A stretch of DNA of 64,000 nucleotides from contig OX597816.1 of NCBI GenBank assembly GCA_951406725.2, forward strand, positions 106,082,001 through 106,146,000. The letters are read 5' to 3'. The translations under genes were made by a program, and so were the position numbers. The DNA is from Octopus vulgaris (taxonomy: Eukaryota). The notes beneath the pieces were generated by a model. That model ran no database searches, was not told the DNA's origin, and worked only from the letters and a program-made list of their open reading frames with translations. The stretch's first letter is position 1. The number at the start of each line of letters is the position of its first letter. Positions 1 to 12,040 of this stretch are shown in pieces.

Positions 1-1
1 A

Positions 2-1147
2 ATGGACAGGTTGCTACCCTATAAGGATAAGAAAAATACTGGTAATAGAGACATATTTAATAATCAAGCCATGATTTTGAAAGGAGTTGAGAGAACAGAT
101 AGATTCTGCCTTTACATGTGCCATAAGCCTGAAAATAAGGACTTCATCTGGTATAACATTCCCTTCAACTGTGCCATATCCATAAACATATATAGGAAAT
201 TTATGACAATTTTAGAAACAACTTCCCATAGATATAACAGAATTTTTTCCCACAAGACAGTTAGAATCTCATCCTCTACTCTCCCCAATATGGGTACCAT
301 CATAGCAAGGTTAAATAGAAAGAATATTAAATTAGCAAGAGGTAGTAATAATAATAATGTTAATGTCAACATTAACTTAAACCTCTACAATGTGAATAAT
401 AATGTTAATGTCAACACTAACTTAAACCTCTACAATGTGAATAATAATATTAATGGTGACATAGAAAATAGAAACAGCGGTACTAATGCTTCTAATATAT
501 ACACTATAAACTATAACTCTGAGGTTCATACTAGCACAGGGACTACTGATATGCCTGATGATGCTGGGATGAATGTGAATATAACAACTGAAGGATGGAG
601 AGATAATACCAGATATGAAAATAACACATATAACAGAAGTAGTGGGATTAATATTAATAGTAATATTTATAATAATAATGGTTTGAATATCAATAATATT
701 AAAAGTAGTAATTCTCCTAGTTGCAATTGTAGGGTTAAATCCCACTGTCTGTTATTAGGCCAATGTCTAACCCAAAACGTAATCTATAAGTGTACAATCA
801 CAACTGTAGCTGGTAACTTTGTATATATAGGATGTTCAATAAATATGAAAAAACGTATTAATAACCATTTTTCACCTTTTAGGCTCAAACATAAGACCAA
901 TTGTACATCCTTATCTAGCAAGATTTGGGAACTGAAAGGAAGCAGAATTGAATTTAGCCTTAAATGGGATATTATTAGGAAAGTGCAACCTTATAAAAAT
1001 AGTCAGTATGGGTGCAATCTGTGCTCTATGGAAACTTATGAAATGTTTAAGTATAGGGACAAAAGCAACCTAGTTAATGATAGATTAGACCTAAGGGTAT
1101 CACGCGTACATAAGGTCACCCATACATTTAAATATTTTCGAAATTAG
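2..1147 (+). mobile_element. Penelope-like element ORF, 3' part (RT C-terminus, Asn-rich linker, Cys cluster, GIY-YIG endonuclease); runs off the window start
   Basis: WYNIPFN motif; CNCRVKSHCLLLGQC cluster; GIY-YIG signature VIYKCTI...VYIG...KKRINNH; TSLSSKIWELK and CNLCSME. The frame is open for 381 codons. Confidence 0.9.
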
Positions 1148-1323
1148 CATTTATAGGTGCTGCACTTGAACCTGAATAAGGGAAAATTAATTTTAGTGTC
1201 ATATATGATGTGAACTTACTCCCTAGTATTATATACAATAAGTTATATATATTTTCTTACTATTCTCTATAATTTCTTATTATTATGTTTTCTTATTTTG
1301 ATACCTTATTAACCCCTTATCTA

Positions 1324-1325
<2 letters not shown>

Positions 1326-1355
<30 letters not shown>

Positions 1356-1818
1356 TTAACGTCCGTTTTCCGTGCTAGCATGGGTTGGACGGTTTGACCG
1401 GGGTCTGAGAAGCCAGGCGCTGCACCAGGCTCCAGTCTGATCTGGCAGAGTTTCTACAGCTGGATGCCCTTCCTAACGCCAACCACTCCGCGAGTGTAGT
1501 GGGTGCTTTTTACGTGCCACCAGCACAGGTGCCAGGGGAGTCCGGCATCGGTCACGATTGGTTGGTCCTTTTAACGTGCCACCGGCACGGAAGCCAGCCA
1601 AGGCGGCGCTGGCATCGGCCACGTTCAGATGGTGCTTTTTATGTGCCACCGGCACTGGAGCCAGTCGAGGCAGCGCTGGCATCGGCCACGTTCGGATGGT
1701 GCTTTTTATGTGCCACTGGCACAGAAGCCAGTCAAGGCAGCGCTGGCAACGGCCATGTTCGGATGGTGCTTTTTATGTGCCACCGGCACAGGTATCACAA
1801 CTACTATTTCCATTGATA
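1326..1818 (-). mobile_element. RTE-LINE 3'UTR copy (5'-truncated) with 5 tandem pseudoknot motifs and (GAT)n tail
   Basis: (CAT)n at 1326-1354 on +; GGATGCCCTTCCTAACGCCAACC motif; five GTGCCACCGGCAC-type repeats at 63-67 bp spacing (1502-1790). Confidence 0.85.
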
Positions 1819-2710
1819 CTTATAAGTTATTAATGTTCTCTAAGAGAAATATAAACTTTCTAGTCACTTAAGTCTAAAAGAGTTGATTATAACATACCCA
1901 TAATAAAGTACAAATATTTGTGTATATTTGCATGTGTGCACATAGTTAAATATATGTATGTATTTGTGCACAACTTATTTTTCCGATTTTTTTTCTGATT
2001 CTTACCTTACAATTAATATAAAGATAGCATGATTTAACACCCCAGTATTCCATAAGTAAATACCCAGAGCAATCTTTATAGAAACCACCTTATAAGTAAA
2101 TAATTAAGTACAGGAATTAATATTAAACTAATTCTGTGTAATCTTCACTTTCTAATGTTGAAAATTGGTATATATACAGTTTATTCTGGTTATAATATAA
2201 TTTTTAGTTATCTTAAATTTTATCTTCATACAACATAACAATATTGTTTATATACAATCATCCATTGTACCCCATGATAATTTCCTCTGTATTAACATCA
2301 TAGGTTTTATTAGTTTGTTGTCCCTTTAACTGGTAATTAACATCTTGATTTAGGGGTCCTCCCCTACCCAGCCTCCTTTATAGACAGTTACTTACACATT
2401 TCCTAAAATCCTGACAATATTTATGACCATACCAACTATAAACTGTCAATTCACTCTGGCTATCCATTCTAAACAGACATTGTCTTCTAGCCTTAGATTT
2501 GGTAGTTGATAAAAAAGACTAATAAATTAACGATGAACCACAATCTGTTACAAGCTATGACCCTAACAAACTTCATACAGTTCTTAGAAGTGTAATATAT
2601 TTTGAGCTACATTAGTAGCAACATGGACTTTTTCCCTCTTCTTGCTCTTTTAGAGAATGTAAGTAAAATTATATCAGTGTGTCCAACTGATTAAAAAATT
2701 CTATTTATTT

Positions 2711-2798
2711 ATGCAGCTGAGAATAGCCCTGCATTTAAATTGATGTAATGATTGCCTTGTTCAATTAAATGGAGCCACTTGAAATGGTTGTACTGCAT
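2711..2798 (+). ncRNA. Decayed minimal type I hammerhead ribozyme in the Penelope 3' region
   Basis: Stem I ATGCAG/CTGCAT flanks CTGAGAA...GAAA-TGGTTG-TA; internal inverted repeat ATTTAAATTGA/TCAATTAAAT forms an extended stem II. One core mismatch versus CUGANGA. Confidence 0.6.
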
Positions 2799-2873
2799 CA
2801 CCTCTTGATGTCCTGTTGCTTATTTTGATTTTATATATTTACACACATATGTGTACATACAATACATAATACA

Positions 2874-3221
2874 TAACAAGTAAAGTCAATCACCATGTCA
2901 AAGTGGCTGTTCCATGTTACTACTAGTTTAACCCCGGGCAGATATTCCACCAACTGGTTATCAGTGCAAAGCTGCACCCTTTATCTACACTATATATTGC
3001 TAGCAAGGGGAGTGAGCCCCTACTACCTTCTAGCAGACAACAGGATCGCAAGACTGACTTAGTTTCGAGCTGCTTGGCTCATCTTCATCCGCTACTAGCA
3101 ATATATACTGTTTATAAAGGGTGCAGCATTGCACTGATAACCAGCTGGTGGAAGATCTGCCTGGAGTTTTAAAAGTAATATGGAACAGCCACTTTGATGT
3201 GGTGATTGACTTTACTTGTTA
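2874..3221. repeat. ~130-bp-arm inverted repeat (2874-3003 / 3095-3221), probably an inverted Penelope pseudo-LTR
   Basis: TAACAAGTAAAGTCAATCACC...TTGCTAG recurs as its reverse complement. The loop holds a hammerhead-like TGAAGATGAGC-CAAGCA-GCTCGAAACTAAGTC on the minus strand. Confidence 0.8.
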
Positions 3222-3263
3222 GTATAGTTACTACTCTGATCTTGAGATTTTGCAACTAGATAT

Positions 3264-3316
<53 letters not shown>

Positions 3317-3473
3317 AGATATAGATATATGTTGGTGCAAATAGGAAAAATAGAACTCAAAGTATATGTATATATATATATATTTTTATTAATATTTAGC
3401 AGAAGTAACTGAGTGACTCAAGGTCCAAGAGTTTCATGCATTGGCACTTAAGTGTGCATGTGTGTTTGTGTAC

Positions 3474-3507
<34 letters not shown>

Positions 3508-3965
3508 CACAATACACACACACGCACACATTCATACACACATACACGCATTTATATATCCTTGAATATGGTGCAGACATGTTATTATCCATTCTTCTGA
3601 CCATTGATTTATCTGTATTAATTTCTCCTAATCTATCAATCTAATTACACAGCATCTCCATATTATCCATATTGATTGTTTTACTCACTTGTATTAGAGA
3701 GATACCCTGCTCTGTCTACTCCTAATCCTGCTCTTCCCCCTCCTCTTTCTCATTTTTACTTCCTCTTTCCTTCATCCTTCAGTGCCTCTGCCTCTCTCTT
3801 CCTATACCACTTATCAATCATCATTCAACCAACTAACCTACTTCTTAGTATGTCCATCAATTTTTCACTTATCTACCTATCTATGTTGTCTCTTTAAATC
3901 TAGTGGCAAATCTCTCAAACCAACTGACCTCAGTTATTTCTCTGTACATTTGTTTCAATCAACCA

Positions 3966-4081
<116 letters not shown>

Positions 4082-4108
4082 AACTATATCCACAGACACA
4101 GACATATA

Positions 4109-4147
<39 letters not shown>

Positions 4148-4225
4148 ATGTGTAAATATATGTATATATATACATATATATACATATATATATATACATA
4201 TATACATACATATATATATATAAAA

Positions 4226-4472
4226 AATTAATAAATAAATAGAATATATGCATATATACATACATATATGTACGTACCTACCTCTACATGTATATATACA
4301 TGCATATATGGGTACAGGACACCAAAAAAACGTCGAACACAATGAGAAACGAAAACATAAACACAAAACCAAGGAAATGGACATTTTTTTAAAACAACGA
4401 AAAAATAGAGTACAGGACATACAAAACAAGGAAAATTCCCCTTCTTCAGTCGCCTTAATTTCATCTACTCCA
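4226..4472. repeat. Dispersed repeat (second copy inverted at about 37780-38020), possibly a Penelope pseudo-LTR
   Basis: GGGTACAGGACACCAAAAAAACGTCGAACACAATGAGAAACG...CCCCTTCTTCAGT matches the reverse complement at 37.8-38.0 kb; both copies abut TA-rich microsatellite. Confidence 0.7.
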
Positions 4473-4484
4473 CGTACATATATG

Positions 4485-4544
<60 letters not shown>

Positions 4545-4556
4545 AATGTGTGTCCC

Positions 4557-5046
4557 CATGCCGGTGACATGTAAAAGCACCGTCCATTCGTGGCCGTTTG
4601 CCAGCTCTGTCTGGACCCGTGTCGGTGGCACGTAAAAGCACCATCCGTTCGTGTCCGTTGCCAGCCTCGGCTGGCCCCCGTGCCAGTGACACGTAAAAGC
4701 ACCATCCGTTCATGGCCGATTGCCAGCACTGTCTGGTCCCGTGTCGGTGGCACGTAAAAGCACCATCCGTTCGTGTCCGTTGCCAGCATCGCCTGGCCCC
4801 GTGCCGGTGACACGTAAAAGCACCATCCGTTCGTGGCCATTTGCCAGCTCTGTCTGGCACCTGTGCAGGTGGCACGTAAAAACACCCACTACACTCGCGG
4901 AGTGGTTGGCGTTAGGAAGGGCATCCAGCCGTAGAAACACTGCCAGATCTGACTGGGCCTGACGAAGCCTTCCAGCTTCACGGACCCCAGTTGACCCGTC
5001 CAACCCATGCTAGCATGGAAAGCGGACGCTAAATGATGATGATGAT
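4557..5046 (+). mobile_element. RTE-LINE 3'UTR copy with 6 pseudoknot motifs (alternating A/B units) and (GAT)n tail
   Basis: 59-60 bp units GTGYCGGTGRCACGTAAAAGCACC...GCCAG-loop-CTGG, then GGTTGGCGTTAGGAAGGGCATCC, CCATGCTAGCATGG and TGATGATGAT. Confidence 0.9.
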
Positions 5047-5071
5047 AATATATATATACATACATGTATAT

Positions 5072-5192
5072 AGTGACTGTGTGGTAAGAAACTTGCTTCC
5101 CAACCACATGGTCCCAGGTTCAGTCTACTATAGCCTCGGGCCGAACAAAACCTTGTGAGTGGATTTGGTAGACGGAAACTGAAAGAAGCCCA
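5072..5192 (+). mobile_element. Internally deleted tRNA-derived SINE (related pieces at about 12105-12250, 16975-17090, 18470-18610, 40000-40055, 45555-45660, 54865-54908)
   Basis: A-box-like GTGTGGTAAG and B-box-like GGTTCAGTC; shared 3' part TGAGTGGATTTGGTAGACGGAAACTGAAAGAAGCCC. Confidence 0.65.
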
Positions 5193-5213
5193 ACATGTAT
5201 AAATATATATAGA

Positions 5214-5461
5214 TATCATCATCATCATCATCATCGTTTAACGTCTGTTTTCCATGCTAGCATGGGTTGGATGGTTTGACCAGGGTCTGGGAAGCCAGGA
5301 GGCTGCACCAGGCTCCAGTCTGATCTGGCAGTGTTTCTACAGCTGGATGCCCTTCCTAACACCAACCACTCCGTGAGTGTAGTGGGTGCCTTTTACATGC
5401 CACCGGCACAGGTGCCAGGGAAAACTGGCAACGGCCACGATCGGTTGGTGCTTTTTACGTG
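5214..5461 (-). mobile_element. RTE-LINE 3'UTR copy (2 motifs, 5'-truncated)
   Basis: (CAT)n, CCATGCTAGCATGG and GGATGCCCTTCCTAA motifs; truncated inside a module. Confidence 0.85.
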
Positions 5462-5699
5462 AATTTACAATGACCTTGAACCCACAAGAATAAATAACAG
5501 AATCAGAGACAGGCGGGAACAAGGAAAGTGCCCTTGTATTTGAATAATGTGCAAATATTCTTTTAAAAAAACTTTTCTCTTAATTTTTCCAAAATTTAAC
5601 TGTTTTCCATACATACAGTTGAAAAAGTCTCAATGACTGAAACTGGTACTGAAATGTTTTTTATAAAATTATTTTAGCATTTTCTACCTTGACTTTTTT

Positions 5700-7162
<1,463 letters not shown>

Positions 7163-7190
7163 CTAGTCCTGTAGAAGCTCCTTCTATAAA

Positions 7191-7232
<42 letters not shown>

Positions 7233-7266
7233 GGAGTTTAACGCAGGTGTAATTCAAATTCTTTTA

Positions 7267-7353
7267 CTTCCAACACATGTTTCAAACATATCACTGATAT
7301 TATTCCAAAGGAATAAAATGGTGTAAAATAATGTAATCTTCTCTTCAGGGAAG
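7267..7353 (-). ncRNA. Decayed minimal hammerhead ribozyme downstream of the second Penelope ORF
   Basis: Minus strand reads CTTCC-CTGAAGA-G...GAAA-CATGTG-TT-GGAAG: stem I CTTCC/GGAAG, intact CUGAAGA and GAAA boxes, palindromic ACATGT stem III. The cleavage triplet is GUU, probably GUC lost by CpG decay. Confidence 0.7.
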
Positions 7354-7581
7354 TGAAGAAATGAAACTCATCAATAAGACATTTTAACAGAAAATTATGG
7401 ATATGTATAGTGATTAACTGAATGCTATTTATATTGTTTGAAAAACATTATATGATATATCGTCAGAGGTAGCCTATAGAAAGAGGAGGGATAAATTAAA
7501 GAAAAACTAAATAAATGAGAAGTATATGACTATATGTATATTAAATAAAATCTTATATACTAGGAAAATATATATTTAGTG

Positions 7582-7632
7582 AATCATCATCATCATCATC
7601 GTTTAACGTCCGTTCTCCATGCTAGCATGGGT
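7582..7632 (-). mobile_element. Extreme 3' tip of the RTE-LINE (terminal stem-loop and tail only)
   Basis: (CAT)n-CGTTTAACGTCCGTTCTCCATGCTAGCATGGGTT. Confidence 0.8.
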
Positions 7633-7684
7633 TTGTGAAATATAAAAAGAAAATTAATGTTTAAATTATATATAATGATAGAGA

Positions 7685-8677
7685 TCACTTATATGAACTA
7701 AAGGTTTGTTTTTGCCAATGTTTACATCGGTATGCATGCTCTATAACCGTGTTTACTAGGGGATTTTTAGAAAAAATAATGAAAAATAGTTCAGAGTTAC
7801 AGAGAAGACAGAATTCCTTGCCTTTGTCATAAGGTATCGAGATTGAGAGAATCAACCAATCTAAATTAAACTGTTTATTGTGGTATTTTAGATCCCAAAT
7901 AAATTTACTGAGCCCTGTACTGTTACGTTTATTCCTATCCCTAAATGTCGAGTAGTGATAAGAAATCCTTCTAGATAACTGTAAAAACGTGCTTCCAATA
8001 TAAAAATATACTTGATTATGAGTAGTAATTTTACACTGGTATATAGAATTTTTAATTTTAGAATTACTTGACATAAACTTGATTCTGTTGGAATTGACTT
8101 CAGATACAATAACCTTGTTGATATTTCTAGAGGGATGGATGGTATTAGCTAAATTAATGTTAGTATTAGTAAATGTATTATTATTTAACAGGTTGTTATT
8201 ATGTGAAGAGATAATTTGTAAGAGATTTTTAGTGTTGGAAAAAACAATCCTAACTGTATGTGAGTTGATAGAGTAATACCTAGAATTCTTTGGAAAATTC
8301 CTAATAATAGCTTCACAAAACTACAATGGGAGATTAGATTTAATTTGCCTCCCATATAGAATAATTACCCAAATTATTTTACTACTAGTTATCTTATTTT
8401 TAGTGTAATTATTTTTGAAAGACAAATTTACCTTTAGAATGATAATAGGGGATTAAATAAGGGTTATCTCCCTTCCTCCGTTTTGTTTCAGTGTATAAAT
8501 TAAAATTGATATCGTTAATTCCTTTACAACTAGATTTCATATCTACATTAGTAAAGTTAGAATGAGACTGAATAGAATCAATGTAGATAATTTTCTCTGT
8601 ATAACCTGCTTTATGTAAGACAGAGTTATAAAATTCGGCATTATTTAATCCCCTATTATCATTCTAAAGGTAAATTT
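7685..8677 (-). mobile_element. Penelope-like element remnant (GIY-YIG part open, upstream part decayed)
   Basis: SIYQCKI...FYIGST...RRISYH...TGLSKFIWDLK...CLLCNSE...CKH, homologous to ORF 2-1147. Confidence 0.88.
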
Positions 8678-9601
8678 AAGTCTCTTTTTCATCACAACAT
8701 AAAATGTTTCCTTCTGCTGTAAGAGATCATCACTAGTTTCTTTGAATTCTCTTGTTTTACTATGTGAAAGAGGTGTTGAGCAAGTATCTTGGTGCTTTTC
8801 GTTATATCATGTCTTCATTTTGTTGGAAACCATACTGGACACACTGACATGTAGATCTGTTGCATGAGAGCAGTGAGACAATCTGGGAACATTGTTCTTC
8901 TCTGGCAGTCAACTCTGTTCTTGAGTTTCTCAATAGGTCTTGGTTGCAGTTGCAAAGGAATCAAAGAAGAAAATATAGTGCAGTATGATAATTATCAGGT
9001 CAATCAATGGGATATTTAATATTGTTATAGGGATAATAATAATAATGATAATGGAACACCCCTCCCATGTGATGAGTGGTATACATTATTCCTGAGATCA
9101 GCCTTCAGGAGGTGCAACAGTGGTTTGATATGGGTAACTTTCCTTCAAGATGCTAGCAAAGTAAACAAACTCCAAGCCCATAAGCATATCCACTAAACAA
9201 TTCTGATTATTTAGAATAATAGTTAAATGGATAAATATTTACTCTCTCAACTATCATTGGACAAGTAGCCAAAATGCCAGCTTTACTCACAACAGCTGAA
9301 TCCACTAGGTTTAAGTAAACAGGAAAAATGTAGGCCATAAAGATCAAGTAAATGTGATATTCATCTACTAGTTCTTGTATATTATTGTGTATATAGTCAG
9401 TACACTTCATCTTATATGTTTCTGTTTACCTACCACTTGGAAATAGGTGCCAGATCATCCAGGAGTTTTATCTATGATATATTAATGTCCATTTAATAGT
9501 GAGGTTTGCCTCTCATCCAATCAACACTATGCTTCCAGAGTTCAGAATTGGCCCTTAAAAACCCACAAGGATTTAAATATTTACATTCAGATTTTAGATT
9601 T

Positions 9602-10217
9602 TCCGCCATCTTTGAAGCCTGTTCCCTTAATACACTTCTGCCTTGTCCAAAAATTCCTGTTCCGGTCAATTTCTTTACTTAAGGCAGCAACATGCGCTCT
9701 CTCATTCATTCACCTAGCAGCTATAATCTCGAGCACAGCTAAGTTTGAATGCTTATTTTATTTTATTTTCACTTCACTTCTCGACCAATCATACATGTTT
9801 TTCTATCTGTTGTTATTTATCTATCTAACTATTGTATCTAATTTCTCCTCTATAAATTCTGCCTGACCAAGTCTCGCTCTATCATCTATTTTCAACCCTC
9901 GCGTATTTGTCTATCGATCTCCGCCATCTTTGAAGCCTGTTCCCTTAATACACTTCCGCCTTGTCCAAAAATTCCTGTTCCGGTCAATTTCTTTACTTAA
10001 GGCAGCAACATGCGCTCTCTCATTCATTCACCTAGCAGCTATAATCTCGAGCACAGCTAAGTTTGAATGCTTATTTTATTTTATTTTCACTTCACTTCTC
10101 GACCAATCATACATGTTTTTCTATCTGTTGTTATTTATCTATCTAACTATTGTATCTAATTTCTCCTCTATTAATTCTGCCCGACCAAGTCTCGCTCTAT
10201 CATCTATTTTCAACCCT
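9602..10217. repeat. Recent tandem duplication, period about 318 bp
   Basis: TCCGCCATCTTTGAAGCCTG... starts at 9602 and again at 9920; the copies are nearly identical over about 298 bp. Confidence 0.95.
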
Positions 10218-10449
10218 ACCCACCCCCACCACCAATACCGGATATCTCTATATTTTTGCTCCATCTATACCGGATGTTGTTTCTCCCACCACCATTATAG
10301 ATGTCTACTCTTCGAACACCCCTCCTCAATACGCTATTTCACCATGCATTACCCTCTTGATATCCTACGTTCTACTTGCCTAAGAACCTGTCATCATTTC
10401 TCTGAAGCACCCCTCCCCACTGGTGCTCCCCTATATTTCTGCCCCCCCC

Positions 10450-10675
10450 CACATAAAAAGCACCATCCGAACGTGGCCGATGCCAGACCCCTCTGGCACC
10501 TGTGCAGGTGTCACGTAAAAAACACCCACTACACTCGCGGAGTGGTTGGCGTTAGGAAGGGCATCCAGCTGTAGAAACACTGCCAGACTAGACTGGAGCC
10601 TGGGGCAGTCCCTAGCTCCCCAGACCCCGGTCAAAACCGTCCAACCCGTGCTAGCGCGGAAAACGGACGTTAAAC

Positions 10676-10705
<30 letters not shown>
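10450..10705 (+). mobile_element. RTE-LINE 3'UTR copy with (GAT)n tail
   Basis: Starts inside a module (CACATAAAAAGCACC); GGTTGGCGTTAGGAAGGGCATCC; terminal hairpin variant CCGTGCTAGCGCGG. Confidence 0.88.
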
Positions 10706-10706
<1 letters not shown>

Positions 10707-11267
10707 TACTTGGAGATAATTTTAAACTAAAAATAAGACTGTATCAAAGACTGAATTGTTAGAATGTAAGTTGTTTTTTAGGTGTTTAACTGCTTCCTTA
10801 CAGTCTGCATTCATACTCAACTAGAACTGTGTAAAGAGCTACATTGTAACTATATATCATATTAAAAAGAATTTTTCACCCAAATAAACAGGACACAGAG
10901 AAATTTAAGTGATTTTTAAAGAATTGATTTAAACAATTATCTTAAGGCAAATGTCTAAACCAGTTCCTTTGTGTGATTTCTCATGCATAATGTATAACTT
11001 GAAGATATAAATGCCAACCATATATGACATTGCAGGATTAGCTTGCTATATGACTTTAAATATCTCCAGACAATTCATTTTGTAAAGATCTCTCCTTCTA
11101 TTGGAGCTGTGTACTAAAGCTAAAATAGAATAGATACTATACTATTTTTTATAGAGACTCACCTATTTTCTAAAATATCTTCTTATAATTCATCAGGATT
11201 TAATCAACCTTTCTACCTTTCAGTCTTACTAAAATCTTCTCTTGTTCTCTCTCTAAGTCTCTATCTA

Positions 11268-11442
11268 GTCACTTGACTAGCAAAAAGTAGCAACCAAATC
11301 TCCCTTAAATCACACTCTACAATCTTTAATAAGGAAAGGGCACATTGGATCCCAAATTCCTAGTTAGCCCAAAAAAGATGGAGTAATCACAGCTGGAATG
11401 CCACTGAGGATAGATCTGCTCAATCGGAGCTAAATAACAACA
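11268..11442 (+). repeat. Old dispersed ~180-bp repeat with (CAA)n-like tail (other copies at about 22990, 24765, 25065, 49660, 50140, 59630, 60600, 61830, 62325)
   Basis: Recurrent core CTTGACTTGCTAGAAATAGCAGCCAAATCTCCCTCAAATCACACCCTAC in both orientations. Confidence 0.6.
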
Positions 11443-11816
11443 ATATATCTTCTTTTTTGCTATGGCTTAGTCAAAAGAGAAAGAACAGCAACAATGATCT
11501 TTGCAAGACCTGTGAAACTTAGCAGAGAAATAGAGGAAGAAAACATAACTCACAAGCTGTTGCTGTTGTTGTCAGCCCTGAGTAGGTTTATGATTAAAAG
11601 CATTCCACCTATGGCTAACATCTTTTTGGGTATTTTGTACTATGGGATACACCATTCAATGTATTCTGTTGTGTTTTTTTAAAAGATAACAAGGTGTGAT
11701 ATCAGGGAAATTTTTAACTACTGTTTGTGATAGGTTGAGCAACTACATAGAGGCTGTTCCTGCAATAGGAATGTATCGAGTAATCTTCAGACAAGAGATC
11801 TGCTCTAAATACTTAA

Positions 11817-12040
11817 CCCTTTAGTGTTCAGATTACTCTGTCAAATGTAATGCTTATTTATTTGCATTGTTTTGAATTTATCATGCATTATCTTGTAGCT
11901 TTGAAATTTCAACAATGTGATTGCTTTTTTTTTTTCCAATGACATCGTTAGGTAGTTGTGAGAAGCCAGATCTGGCCTGTGTGAACATAAAACAGGTAGA
12001 AAATTTTGATTCAGATATGGCCAATTTAAATGTTAAAGAG
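11817..12040. mobile_element. piggyBac-type MITE (same family at 21743-21962 and 28562-28781)
   Basis: TTAA-CCCTTTAG...TAAAG(A/G)G-TTAA ends and shared internal sequence. Confidence 0.8.

Noticed and set aside
1473-1871. Repetitive ORFs over the module arrays (also 4465-5003 and 38702-39862)
   Set aside because: They are open in several frames on both strands because of GC-rich tandem repeats; unit lengths are often not multiples of 3.
4557-4886. CRISPR-like repeat/spacer reading of the 60-bp arrays
   Set aside because: The variable parts are short hairpin loops related to each other, there are no cas genes, and the arrays sit in a eukaryotic LINE 3'UTR.
11050-11120. Possible terminal exons of the left-hand gene (YTAPIEGEIFTK*; also 16725-16800 and 29850-29927)
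   Set aside because: Acceptor-like sites are common in this AT-rich DNA, and no recognisable homology supports any of them.
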